Below, one piece after another: positions 50,268 through 58,433 of a DNA stretch of 64,000 nt. The position numbers and the translations under genes were made by a program. Source of the stretch: a virus; IMG/VR virus record IMGVR_UViG_3300021090_000001, positions 1-64,000 of that record. One strand, given 5' to 3'. The notes under the pieces were generated by a model. The model was given only the letters and a program-made list of their open reading frames with translations, did not search any database and was not told the origin of the DNA. The stretch's first letter is position 1. Every line of letters begins with the position of its first letter.

Positions 50268-50464
50268 TGCACGAGTGCCCGGTCGGCGGCTGCCCGAAGC
50301 AGGTCGCCTCCCACTTGCTGATGTGCCGCCCTCATTGGCGGAAGGTGCCTCGCGACATTCAGCAACGGGTCTATACCGGCTGGCGCGAGGGCATCGAGAG
50401 CGATCTGTACGTTGAGGCCCGAGGCGAAGCGATCGCCTCCGTCGAGCTGGAGAAGGCGTCGTGA
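50267..50464 (+). CDS. Hypothetical small Cys/His protein
   Basis: 65 aa. CPVGGCPK...LMCRPHW. Confidence 0.5.
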   Translation: MHECPVGGCPKQVASHLLMCRPHWRKVPRDIQQRVYTGWREGIESDLYVEARGEAIASVELEKAS

Positions 50465-51099
50465 AGATTACCGGGGATCCCAAGGAGGGCGGCTACATCG
50501 AGAAGGCCGAGCTGGAGCTGATCGAATCGCTGCCGCAAGGCGAAATCACCGTCTTCGATGTCGGCGCCAACGTCGGCGAATTCACCCAGGCTGTGCTGGA
50601 GCGGCGCGGCGAGGCCAACGTCTTCGCGTTCGAGCCAGATGTTGATGGGCGTCGGAAGATCAGATCGTTCGCCCCGACGAGGAGGGTGCAGGTCCTCGGC
50701 GCGCTCAGCGACAAGGCCGGGCGCCGCGAGTTCTTCTCCGACTCCCCGGCCTCCCAGCTTGGAACCTTCTTTCCGCGCCCGAGCCTGCCCGAGGTCAAGA
50801 TGAACTGGACTGGCTCGCTGCTCACCAGCACTGTCACCGACATCGTCGCCGAGTATGGGCTCAACTGGATCGACTACATGAAGCTCGACTGCGAGGGCAG
50901 CGAGCTGGACATACTGCGCGGCGCGGCGGCGGTCCTCGACCGGATCGACCTGGTGAGCTGGGAGCTGCTGCGCGAGAACCGCTATACCGACGCGACGCTG
51001 GCCGACTTCACCGAGATCTTGGATGGCGAATTCGACGTGGCGCCGCTCGGCGATGCCCCCGACTCGGCGATCCTCTGGGTCGCGAGGCGGCGCGCGTGA
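50461..51099 (+). CDS. FkbM-family methyltransferase
   Basis: 212 aa. VFDVGANVGEFT...FAFEPD...MKLDCEGSELDIL. Confidence 0.8.
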   Translation: MKITGDPKEGGYIEKAELELIESLPQGEITVFDVGANVGEFTQAVLERRGEANVFAFEPDVDGRRKIRSFAPTRRVQVLGALSDKAGRREFFSDSPASQLGTFFPRPSLPEVKMNWTGSLLTSTVTDIVAEYGLNWIDYMKLDCEGSELDILRGAAAVLDRIDLVSWELLRENRYTDATLADFTEILDGEFDVAPLGDAPDSAILWVARRRA

Positions 51100-52163
51100 G
51101 GACCGGCGTCGTCATCCCGGTCGGCCCCGGTCGGCTCGAAAACCTGACGAACGTTCTGGCTTCCCTGAGCAGAATGACGGTCGAGCCCGAGGCGATCTGC
51201 CTCGTCGGCGACGGTCCCGAGGGCACCGAGGTCGCCGAGCAGGCGCTCAACGGCGCCCACCTCCTCGGCCGCGCCCCGGTTTTTGTCCATGCGCTGGACA
51301 AAAAACATGAGCCGGGGATGCGGCAGCCGCGTAACGCCGGGGTCGCAGCCCTGGAGGCCGAGGGCAACTTCAGCCATGTCTGGTTCCTCGACAGCGACGT
51401 TGTCGTCGCGCCCGACTGCCTGATGGCCTTCGAGTGGGCGAACTTCCAGAGCCCTTTCGATCGCATCCTCGTCGGGCGGTACGACTGGCTGCGCCAGGGT
51501 GTCGAGGCGCCTGAGGAGGCCGCTGATGTGATGGCCGGGGACTTCGAGATGTTTGACCCCCGCGATCGCTCCTTTGCCGCTCATGGGCCGCGAGAGACGT
51601 TCAGGGAAGACCTCAGCGCCGGGCTCGCCTGCTTCTCGGGCAACCTGGTGTGGCCGATCGCCCGCTTCAAGAGCGTCGGTGGCTTCTGGAACGAGATTCA
51701 CCACGGTCGCTGCGAGGACGGCGAGCTGGGCCTGCGGGCAGTGCGTATGGGCGTCCCGATCGCCTATGTCGGGCTCGCTCAGGGTTGGCACCAGTGGCAC
51801 GTCCGCAACGTCGCGCTGGCCCAGGAATGGAACCTTCGCGATGTGCCGATGCTCAACGAACGGCACCCCTGGCTGGAGAAGCGCTGCACCTGTGGGCACC
51901 AGGAAACCGTCCACAACGTGATCGAGAGCGAGCGCAAAGGCTCCTGCACCGAGTGCGTCGGCCAACCTTGCGCCTGCCAGGAGGAGGCGGCGCCGCCGGT
52001 CCGCCACGGTCCCTGCCGGGACTGCATGTGCCCAGCCTTCAAACAGGCGATCTTCGTGGTCGAGGAGGATGGCCGCCGGTTCGAGACGCGCTGCGGCCAA
52101 TGCGAGTGGACCGGCCACCCGGCCGAAATCTGGGCGCATGAGGCAACTCATGCCATTCGCTGA
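51096..52163 (+). CDS. GT-A-type glycosyltransferase with Cys/His-rich C-terminal extension
   Basis: 355 aa. VVIPVGPGRLENL...FLDSDVV. The last 94 aa or so contain at least 10 Cys (CTCGH, CTECVGQPCAC, CRDCMC, CGQC). Confidence 0.7.
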   Translation: MRTGVVIPVGPGRLENLTNVLASLSRMTVEPEAICLVGDGPEGTEVAEQALNGAHLLGRAPVFVHALDKKHEPGMRQPRNAGVAALEAEGNFSHVWFLDSDVVVAPDCLMAFEWANFQSPFDRILVGRYDWLRQGVEAPEEAADVMAGDFEMFDPRDRSFAAHGPRETFREDLSAGLACFSGNLVWPIARFKSVGGFWNEIHHGRCEDGELGLRAVRMGVPIAYVGLAQGWHQWHVRNVALAQEWNLRDVPMLNERHPWLEKRCTCGHQETVHNVIESERKGSCTECVGQPCACQEEAAPPVRHGPCRDCMCPAFKQAIFVVEEDGRRFETRCGQCEWTGHPAEIWAHEATHAIR

Positions 52164-52308
52164 GAAGCTGGTCAAGCTGACCAACGAGCAGATTGCGATC
52201 CTGCTCTCGATCACCGGGCCGCGCGCTGCTATGCCCGACGCCGAGAAGTACGGCGACTGGTCGGTCGATCTTCAGCGGCGCCTGGAGGAGGCCGAGGACG
52301 CCCCGTGA
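52150..52308 (+). CDS. Hypothetical small protein (start uncertain)
   Basis: 52 aa from the ATG at 52150; an alternative ATG is at 52138. Confidence 0.4.
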   Translation: MPFAEKLVKLTNEQIAILLSITGPRAAMPDAEKYGDWSVDLQRRLEEAEDAP

Positions 52309-52763
52309 TGGTGCTCTGGACTGATGGGAGCTGCCCGGAAAACCCCGGTGGCGCTGGGGGCTGGGCATTCGTCTGCGTCAAGGACGGTCAGGTCGTCGCC
52401 GAGATCAGTGGCGGCCAGTCCGTCACCACCAACAACATCATGGAGATGACGGCGGTGATTGAGGCGATCGCTTTCATGGAGCGCGAGTTTACCTTCGTCC
52501 AGCGCTTCAAAGTCATATCTGACTCGGAGTATGTGATCAAGGGGGTCAACGAGTGGATGCCCTCCTGGAAAGCGCGTCACTGGGTCAAACGCGGCGGCAT
52601 CAAGAACCTCGGGCTGTGGAAGATTCTCGACCGCTTAGTTGACCCGACCCGGATGGAGTTCGAATGGGTGCGCGGCCACGTCGGAATCATGCACAACGAA
52701 CGAGCGGACGAGCTGGCGGGAATCGCCACCGCCGCCGTCGAGAGCGGAAAGATCATCCTGTGA
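52305..52763 (+). CDS. rnhA: Ribonuclease HI
   Basis: 152 aa. LWTDGSC...GGWAF...TTNNIMEMTAVIEA...ISDSEYV...HNERADELA are RNase H catalytic DEDD-type motifs. Confidence 0.85.
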   Translation: MMVLWTDGSCPENPGGAGGWAFVCVKDGQVVAEISGGQSVTTNNIMEMTAVIEAIAFMEREFTFVQRFKVISDSEYVIKGVNEWMPSWKARHWVKRGGIKNLGLWKILDRLVDPTRMEFEWVRGHVGIMHNERADELAGIATAAVESGKIIL

Positions 52764-53797
52764 GTCTCGATCCGAGCCGCGTGCTGTTCATGGGCGTCAG
52801 CTCGACGCCGATCTGTTACTACCGATGCGCGTTGCCAGCTACGGCGCTGGGCGCCGATTGGGTGGGGGTCCACGGTGACCCGCCCGCGCTGACGATCGAG
52901 ACGGGGCTGGTGAAGCACTCCACCCAGAAACCCGTGATGCTCGGGGGCGACTACGACGTGATCGTGGTGCAGGAGGTCTACGGCGAGGGCTGGCTCAAAC
53001 TGATCGCCGACGCGCAAGAGCAGGGCATCCGGGTGATCTATGAGATCAACGACTACCTGCACGGCATTCCGAAACTGCGGGACCACCAGTACAGCCGTTT
53101 CTTCACCCCGCAGCGGTTGTCCTGGATCGAGCAGGCGATGGAAGCCGCCGACGCCGTCACCGTGACCACGAAATACCTGAAGAAGAAGTATCAGAAATTC
53201 GCGAAACGCATCTACGTGGTCCCGAACGGAATCGACCCCCGTCGATATGAACTTGATAAACCTGAACGCGCGTCGAGTGTTAACGTCGGGTGGGCGGGGG
53301 CAACGGGCCACTGGGAGGCGATCGCACCCTGGCTGATCCCGGTCGCCCACCTGATGGACGTGAACCCGAACGTTAACTTCGTCACCATCGGCCAGCCGAT
53401 CGCCGACCACTTCAAACCGCGCTTCGGCGAGCGAGCCCTGAGTGTGCCGTTCGCGGCGATCGAGCAATACCCGGCGGCGATGACCCTGCTCGATGTCGGG
53501 CTCGCCCCGGCGGCCCACACGCGCTTCCACCGAGGCAAGTCTGACCTGCGGTGGGTCGAGGCGGGCGCTCTCGGCATCCCGCTGATCGCCGACCCGACCG
53601 TCTACAACGAAATCGAGAACGGGGTGACCGGCTTCCTGGCGCCCGACGCCGACAAGGTCTTCGAGTACCTGATGTTGCTCGTCGGCAACCCGCAGCTCCG
53701 CCAGCAGGTTGGTGAGGCAGCAAGAACACACGTTCGAGAGAAACGCACCATTCAGGCGATGCTGCCGAAATGGGAACGCGCCCTCGCTGGCGAGTAG
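52760..53797 (+). CDS. Glycosyltransferase family 4 (GT-B, group 1)
   Basis: GTG at 52760 overlaps the rnhA TGA. VVPNGIDP, GKSDLRWVEAGALGIPLIA and GVTGFL are typical GT4 motifs. Confidence 0.8.
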   Translation: MSLDPSRVLFMGVSSTPICYYRCALPATALGADWVGVHGDPPALTIETGLVKHSTQKPVMLGGDYDVIVVQEVYGEGWLKLIADAQEQGIRVIYEINDYLHGIPKLRDHQYSRFFTPQRLSWIEQAMEAADAVTVTTKYLKKKYQKFAKRIYVVPNGIDPRRYELDKPERASSVNVGWAGATGHWEAIAPWLIPVAHLMDVNPNVNFVTIGQPIADHFKPRFGERALSVPFAAIEQYPAAMTLLDVGLAPAAHTRFHRGKSDLRWVEAGALGIPLIADPTVYNEIENGVTGFLAPDADKVFEYLMLLVGNPQLRQQVGEAARTHVREKRTIQAMLPKWERALAGE

Positions 53798-53826
53798 GAT
53801 CAGCGGTCTACGCCGAGCGGGTTCTC

Positions 53827-53847
53827 TGAACGTCCGTCGTAGGTTGC
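53827..53847 (+). promoter_or_regulatory. Degenerate motif copy 11 upstream of sigma gene (tGAACGtcCGTCGTAggTTgc)
   Basis: 15 of 21 positions are identical to copy 1, including GAACGnnCGTCGTA. TAGGTT fits TANNNT. The TTG start is at 53864. Confidence 0.35.
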
Positions 53848-53863
53848 TAACCTAGAGGGCAGC

Positions 53864-54505
53864 TTGGAACCCACTCAGGCTGCCGATCCGAATCTCCTAG
53901 CTCACTTCGAGGGTCTGGTGCATGCCACGAGTCGGAAGCTCAAGCTCAATTCGAACGAGAAATGGAAGCCGGTCAAGCGCTATGACGTGGAGGAACTTCA
54001 GCAAATCCTCCGGGTCAAAGTATGGAAAGCACTCCTGGCCTTCGAGCCGCAGCGGTATCCCCGTCAGCGGCGCTTGAAAGCGATGGAGAGCTATGTCTAC
54101 GGCTGTATCGCGAACGAGGTCAAGGACCTGCTCAAGCGAGACCGGGAACCTCTGCCGCTGATTGAGGACATCGCTCTGGCCGAGAGCCCGATGAGCGACC
54201 CCGAGAGTGCCAGCGATCGCTTCGAGTTCAGATACATGGGCACCGAGGACGATGCCTTCGATGAGGTCGAGCGCGATTCGGCTCCCCTTGTGCCAAACAC
54301 CCTAAGTCTTGACGAGCGTTCAGTGTTAGCTCTGAAGTACCTGGGCTACACCGGACCCGAAATGGCCGAGCGACTGGGGATGACCCGTTCGCAAGTCGCC
54401 GCCGCGATCAAGGACATTCGGGAGAAGATGGAGGACTGGCGGCCGAAGTCGGCGGTGGCTCCAACGCCACCGGAGCGGGACCTGAGCCCCGCCCCGGTGG
54501 CCTGA
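53864..54505 (+). CDS. Sigma-70-family (ECF-like) RNA polymerase sigma factor
   Basis: 213 aa. Region 2-like segment EELQQILRVKVWKAL...YVYGCIANEVKDLLKR. Region 4 HTH LDERSVLALKYLGYTGPEMAERLGMTRSQVAAAIKDIREKM. Confidence 0.8.
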   Translation: MEPTQAADPNLLAHFEGLVHATSRKLKLNSNEKWKPVKRYDVEELQQILRVKVWKALLAFEPQRYPRQRRLKAMESYVYGCIANEVKDLLKRDREPLPLIEDIALAESPMSDPESASDRFEFRYMGTEDDAFDEVERDSAPLVPNTLSLDERSVLALKYLGYTGPEMAERLGMTRSQVAAAIKDIREKMEDWRPKSAVAPTPPERDLSPAPVA

Positions 54506-54903
54506 CTAACTGGCCGGGAAGTAGCTCCGGCCTTTCTTGGTTACCCGCTTCTCCTGCTCCAGGTCGCCCAGCACCCGGTAGAGGTAGTTCGGCTTGATCT
54601 TCATCGCCTTGGCGACATCGGTAGCCGAAATGCCGGGATCTTTCTCGACGAGCCTCAGGGCCTGCTCGGCTCGGGTCGGGACGCCTTTGCGCTGGCGCCG
54701 CCGTTTCGGCGTGGCCGACGCCGAAACGGCGCCCGCTTTGCGGGGGCGGCCGGTCGAGCGCCGTGGTTTGGCAGCGGGGGCGCTGCCGTTCATCGGGAGG
54801 GCGGCGATCGAATCCAGGATCGAGGATCGCTCCTTATCGATGGTGGAGAGCCTGCCCTGGAGCAGGTCGTGCGCCTCCTGAACCTCTGGTGCGACAGTTG
54901 ACA
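54506..54903 (-). CDS. Winged-helix DNA-binding protein with basic linker
   Basis: ATG at 54903 preceded by GAAAGGAGC. The C-terminal DVAKAMKIKPNYLYRVLGDLEQEKRVTKKG is wHTH-like. Its stop abuts the sigma stop with no gap. Confidence 0.6.
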
Positions 54904-54982
54904 TCAGGTTGCTCCTTTCGAGCATTGACTCTGGGTGGGTGAGAATGTAGCACGGTCCTACAGACGTAACCGTTCGGATGTG

Positions 54983-56371
54983 CTATGGGGATGAAGTCGT
55001 CCGGGCGTAAGAATCGGCAACCGCCCTGCTGGAGAAGAAGCCCACCTTCTTCTTCTGCGGCTTCGGCTTTACCGGCAGAGACATCGCGAAGTTGGCCGTC
55101 AGGTCCGCATAGCGGAAAAGCGCCACCGTGTTCTCGGGCACGCCCTGGGTCCCCGGCGGCACGGTGTAGTCGAGTCTGGCGCAAGGACCGATTGCGAACA
55201 CGTTGCGGTTGTTTTCGCGGGCAACCTCCCGGCCGCCAACCACGACCGGATTCCCGTTAATTCTGTCTGCCTGTTCGGCGCTCCCCTGGGAGTAGCCAGC
55301 GCACCAGATCACCTTGTCGTACCTGACCCCATCGACGTAGGCGCCGTTGTAGCTGGTCGAGACGAACCGGGCTCTGCGGGCGATTGGCCTGATTCGACCG
55401 TCTGCCTGTTCGGGCCTCGCGGGCCTCGGCATGGCGCGGCCGATCCCCTTGTAGCGCGAGCGGTTGCAGCGCTCCCACCCCTCGCGGTCATGCGATTCGG
55501 GGTCTACCCCGAACCAGTCGATCCGCTCGACCCAGTCGAGGGAGGCCACGGTGTCGGTGCGCGGCGGACCCTGGCCGATCAGCGCCTCGATGACGGTGCG
55601 CCCGGAGTCACCAGCGCCCACCACGGCGACGCTGCGCATCCCCTCCAACGGAAAGGGCTTGTCGAGACTGGCGAGAAACTGGGTATAGCTCAGCAATCTC
55701 TCGCCGTCACAGTTCTCGCCCGGCGGTACCAGCGCCTCGCCGATGCCGGTTGCGTAGATCGCCCGCTCGCAATCGATCACCGTTTGGTCGGTGAGGATGA
55801 CTCGCCTGTTCTGGGCTCGGAGGACCTTGCGGCCGGTAACCACCCTTGCATTCATCGCCAGCGTGGCCCTGATCGCGAAGGCCATCTCGGTGTTGGTCTG
55901 ATACTCGTCGCCGCCGAGGTCGGCGGGCTGCACGGGCGCGAACGGGATGAAGTTCAGCGCCTCGTCTCGGCCGGGCACTCCGAGTTCTCCCGGTCGGTTG
56001 CGGCTGTTGAGGAAGAAGCTGGGCATCGTGCTGACGGCGAAGATGCCACCGGCTCTCTCACCCTCCTCGATCACCAGCGGTTTCGGGCAGCCCTGGGCCA
56101 CCCTGGCGGCGCAGTAGATGGCCGCGTGCAGGCCGCCGCCGATCACCACTTCGGGGACTTCCGATGGAACCGGCGTATTGGCCCACATCTGATCCAGCTC
56201 CGCATCGAAACGAGCCCGTGCCAGCGGATGCGTGGCGATTCCCGCCAGCTTCGCCGCGAGTGGGTTCTCGAACTCTTTGACGCGACCCATCATCGCCTCC
56301 ACGCCGCCGTTCATGGTGAGGTCGCCAGTGATCTCTCGGATCACATCGCGCACTCGTTTCGGTGGTTCCAT
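54983..56371 (-). CDS. FAD/NAD(P)-binding oxidoreductase, flavin monooxygenase-like
   Basis: 462 aa. Two dinucleotide-binding motifs, VVIGGGLHAA and VAVVGAGDSGRT. DKVIWCAGY resembles the (L/F)ATGY motif of N-hydroxylating and flavin monooxygenases. Confidence 0.7.
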   Translation of the reverse strand: MEPPKRVRDVIREITGDLTMNGGVEAMMGRVKEFENPLAAKLAGIATHPLARARFDAELDQMWANTPVPSEVPEVVIGGGLHAAIYCAARVAQGCPKPLVIEEGERAGGIFAVSTMPSFFLNSRNRPGELGVPGRDEALNFIPFAPVQPADLGGDEYQTNTEMAFAIRATLAMNARVVTGRKVLRAQNRRVILTDQTVIDCERAIYATGIGEALVPPGENCDGERLLSYTQFLASLDKPFPLEGMRSVAVVGAGDSGRTVIEALIGQGPPRTDTVASLDWVERIDWFGVDPESHDREGWERCNRSRYKGIGRAMPRPARPEQADGRIRPIARRARFVSTSYNGAYVDGVRYDKVIWCAGYSQGSAEQADRINGNPVVVGGREVARENNRNVFAIGPCARLDYTVPPGTQGVPENTVALFRYADLTANFAMSLPVKPKPQKKKVGFFSSRAVADSYARTTSSP

Positions 56372-56387
56372 GCCTGCGCCTTCCTCT

Positions 56388-56924
56388 CTAATCGTTACCG
56401 TAGCCGTACTGCTCGTTCGCGAACTTCCTCGCCCGTTTCCTGCTGTCCTCAGACGCGGCGGTTCGCCCGGTGGTCAGACCCTCTTCCCACGGCTCCTGCT
56501 GGCCCTTGTGGGTCGAGTCCTCGGTGAATTCCTCTGCCATCGCGTCATCGCTGACGATGGCTTTGCCTTCGAGCCCGATGCCGAAGTTGACCTCGGGCGG
56601 AAAGCAGAACATGTGGTACTCGTTGGCCGTGTCAGTGAGCTGGTCCTCGGGTGGGAATATCTCAGCACCCGTCCAAAGCTCTCCGCAGCACTCGTTCTTG
56701 ATCTGCTGTAGGTGGCGCCAGTTGCGCGCCGGGCTGCGGTCGTGCAGGTGAATCGAGAGCTGCTTGACCAGGTTGCCAGCCCGCCCCTCGCGGTTGTGGA
56801 CGATGCACTGGTACCGATCGTTCGTCCAGACCTCGACGTTCGGATCGTCGCGGTAACGCTCATGCAGGTCCTCGCGCTCGGCCTTGACCATCGGCTCCCA
56901 TTTGCGGATGTAGCCGCCGGGCAT
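56388..56924 (-). CDS. Hypothetical protein
   Basis: 178 aa, GC3-biased, coupled with its neighbours. Confidence 0.6.
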   Translation of the reverse strand: MPGGYIRKWEPMVKAEREDLHERYRDDPNVEVWTNDRYQCIVHNREGRAGNLVKQLSIHLHDRSPARNWRHLQQIKNECCGELWTGAEIFPPEDQLTDTANEYHMFCFPPEVNFGIGLEGKAIVSDDAMAEEFTEDSTHKGQQEPWEEGLTTGRTAASEDSRKRARKFANEQYGYGND

Positions 56925-56926
56925 GG

Positions 56927-57355
56927 TCAGTCACCGCCCTCGCTGTATTTGGAGGTCGAGAGGGGTGCGTAAAAGTCGATGGGCGTCATTGGCTCGCCAC
57001 CGTGATGCTCCAGGAACTCCTCGTTCGAGCCAAAGCAGCTCTCGGTGTCCGGGGGTCCCGTCTCGATGGTGGGGTTCTTCGGCTGCTTACTGACGTTCGC
57101 GCGGAAGATGGCCGCCCCGCGACACTGGCGCAGTTTCGGGTGATCCCACTTGCCGGTCATCTCCAGCGGGTCGGTGACGACGATGGTCTTGTGGCAGGCG
57201 ATCGGCGCTTCGCTGTGTGCGATCTTGATCCAGTCGGAAGGCAGGTAGGGACCTAGCCAGCCGGGGATGGCGGCGCGGCGCCAAGGGCAGTCGTTGCAGG
57301 GCTCCGGGGTCGCTGGCGGGAATTTGCGGGTGAGGTCGTTCGGAATCTCGGTCAT
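56927..57355 (-). CDS. CPWRR-motif Cys-rich protein (paralog of 59957..60394)
   Basis: 142 aa. CNDCPWRRAAIPGWL...IACHKT...CRGAA. Confidence 0.6.
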   Translation of the reverse strand: MTEIPNDLTRKFPPATPEPCNDCPWRRAAIPGWLGPYLPSDWIKIAHSEAPIACHKTIVVTDPLEMTGKWDHPKLRQCRGAAIFRANVSKQPKNPTIETGPPDTESCFGSNEEFLEHHGGEPMTPIDFYAPLSTSKYSEGGD

Positions 57356-57357
57356 CC

Positions 57358-57681
57358 TCAGCCCAGTCCGGGGATGCGGTCCCCGACCTCCGGGTCGATG
57401 CTGGTGATCCAGCGCTTCAACAGCTCGCTGCCGCGAATTAGCAACGTTCGTTCCCCATACTGGAGGATGATGAAGTCGGTGCCGAGCCCGGCGCCGCAGC
57501 TTACGGAGGCGTCTATCTCCTCCACGCCCACCATCTCCTGTCGTAGGCCCAGGACGATGCTCAGATCGGGGTCCTTCAGATCACGCACTGGGAGGGACAT
57601 CTCGGTGGGCTCCAGGCCAGTCGCATCAGCGGTTTTCATGCCCTTTCTGTCCTCGCCTTTTCTGGTAACGCTTGCCTTCAT
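57358..57681 (-). CDS. Hypothetical protein
   Basis: 107 aa from the ATG at 57681, preceded by AAAGGAGAG. Confidence 0.55.
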   Translation of the reverse strand: MKASVTRKGEDRKGMKTADATGLEPTEMSLPVRDLKDPDLSIVLGLRQEMVGVEEIDASVSCGAGLGTDFIILQYGERTLLIRGSELLKRWITSIDPEVGDRIPGLG

Positions 57682-58169
57682 TTCCAGCTCTCCTTTCGGT
57701 TCCTCAGCCACGCGGCCAACTCTTCGGCGAGTTGGCCGGGCAACTTCCACCCTTTCGGTGCATGGTCTTCGGGTAGGGTCTTGGCCACGTCCGCCTGCTC
57801 CATCACGCGCCATTTCTCCATCCGAAGGATGCAAAGACGGAAGCAGTCGGCGCAAAACTCCACGCCGAGGTTGAAGTCGGGGTTGTGTTCTTCGATCAGG
57901 CTGTCGTGTTTGTATCGGGAGCGAACCGTGGGCTTGTGGTTGGGATCGGCCTCCTGCTTTTCGGTACACATTCCGCTGGCTTCCAGAATCACGCGGTTGA
58001 AATCAACCGCTTCAAAGACCTCGACGAATAGTTCGCTGACAAAGTCCATGACGTTGTAGAAGTCCTGCTCGTCCAGCGCATAGGCGCCGACGATCTGGCC
58101 CATCGTGGTGTGTAGCTCGCCCGCGAACATCGGCATGACGGCTGCCTCGGCTTTATCGCGTACGGGCAT
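57678..58169 (-). CDS. Hypothetical protein
   Basis: 163 aa, lower GC, ATGA-type overlap downstream. Confidence 0.6.
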   Translation of the reverse strand: MPVRDKAEAAVMPMFAGELHTTMGQIVGAYALDEQDFYNVMDFVSELFVEVFEAVDFNRVILEASGMCTEKQEADPNHKPTVRSRYKHDSLIEEHNPDFNLGVEFCADCFRLCILRMEKWRVMEQADVAKTLPEDHAPKGWKLPGQLAEELAAWLRNRKESWK

Positions 58170-58217
58170 CAGCCTTCGCCCCTGCGAAGCCCTTGAGCGT
58201 GTATTCCCAGACTCCCA

Positions 58218-58433
58218 TCAGTCGCCCCCGGTGATCGTCAGGCCGCCTTGGGCACCGATGGTGGTCCTGCGCCTAACGCGGGCCTTCCGTTTCCAGTCGC
58301 GGGGGTCGTACTCGGTGACTCCGATCCGCGCATCGCGGAGGCCGAACCGCCGGAAAGTGACGATGCTTCCCTTGAGGCCCGCATCCTTCAGGACTTCGGC
58401 GAGCGCGAGGACCTGGCCTTTCTCAACTTTCAT
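58218..58433 (-). CDS. Hypothetical small protein
   Basis: 71 aa. ATG overlaps the recombinase TGA (ATGA). Confidence 0.5.
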   Translation of the reverse strand: MKVEKGQVLALAEVLKDAGLKGSIVTFRRFGLRDARIGVTEYDPRDWKRKARVRRRTTIGAQGGLTITGGD

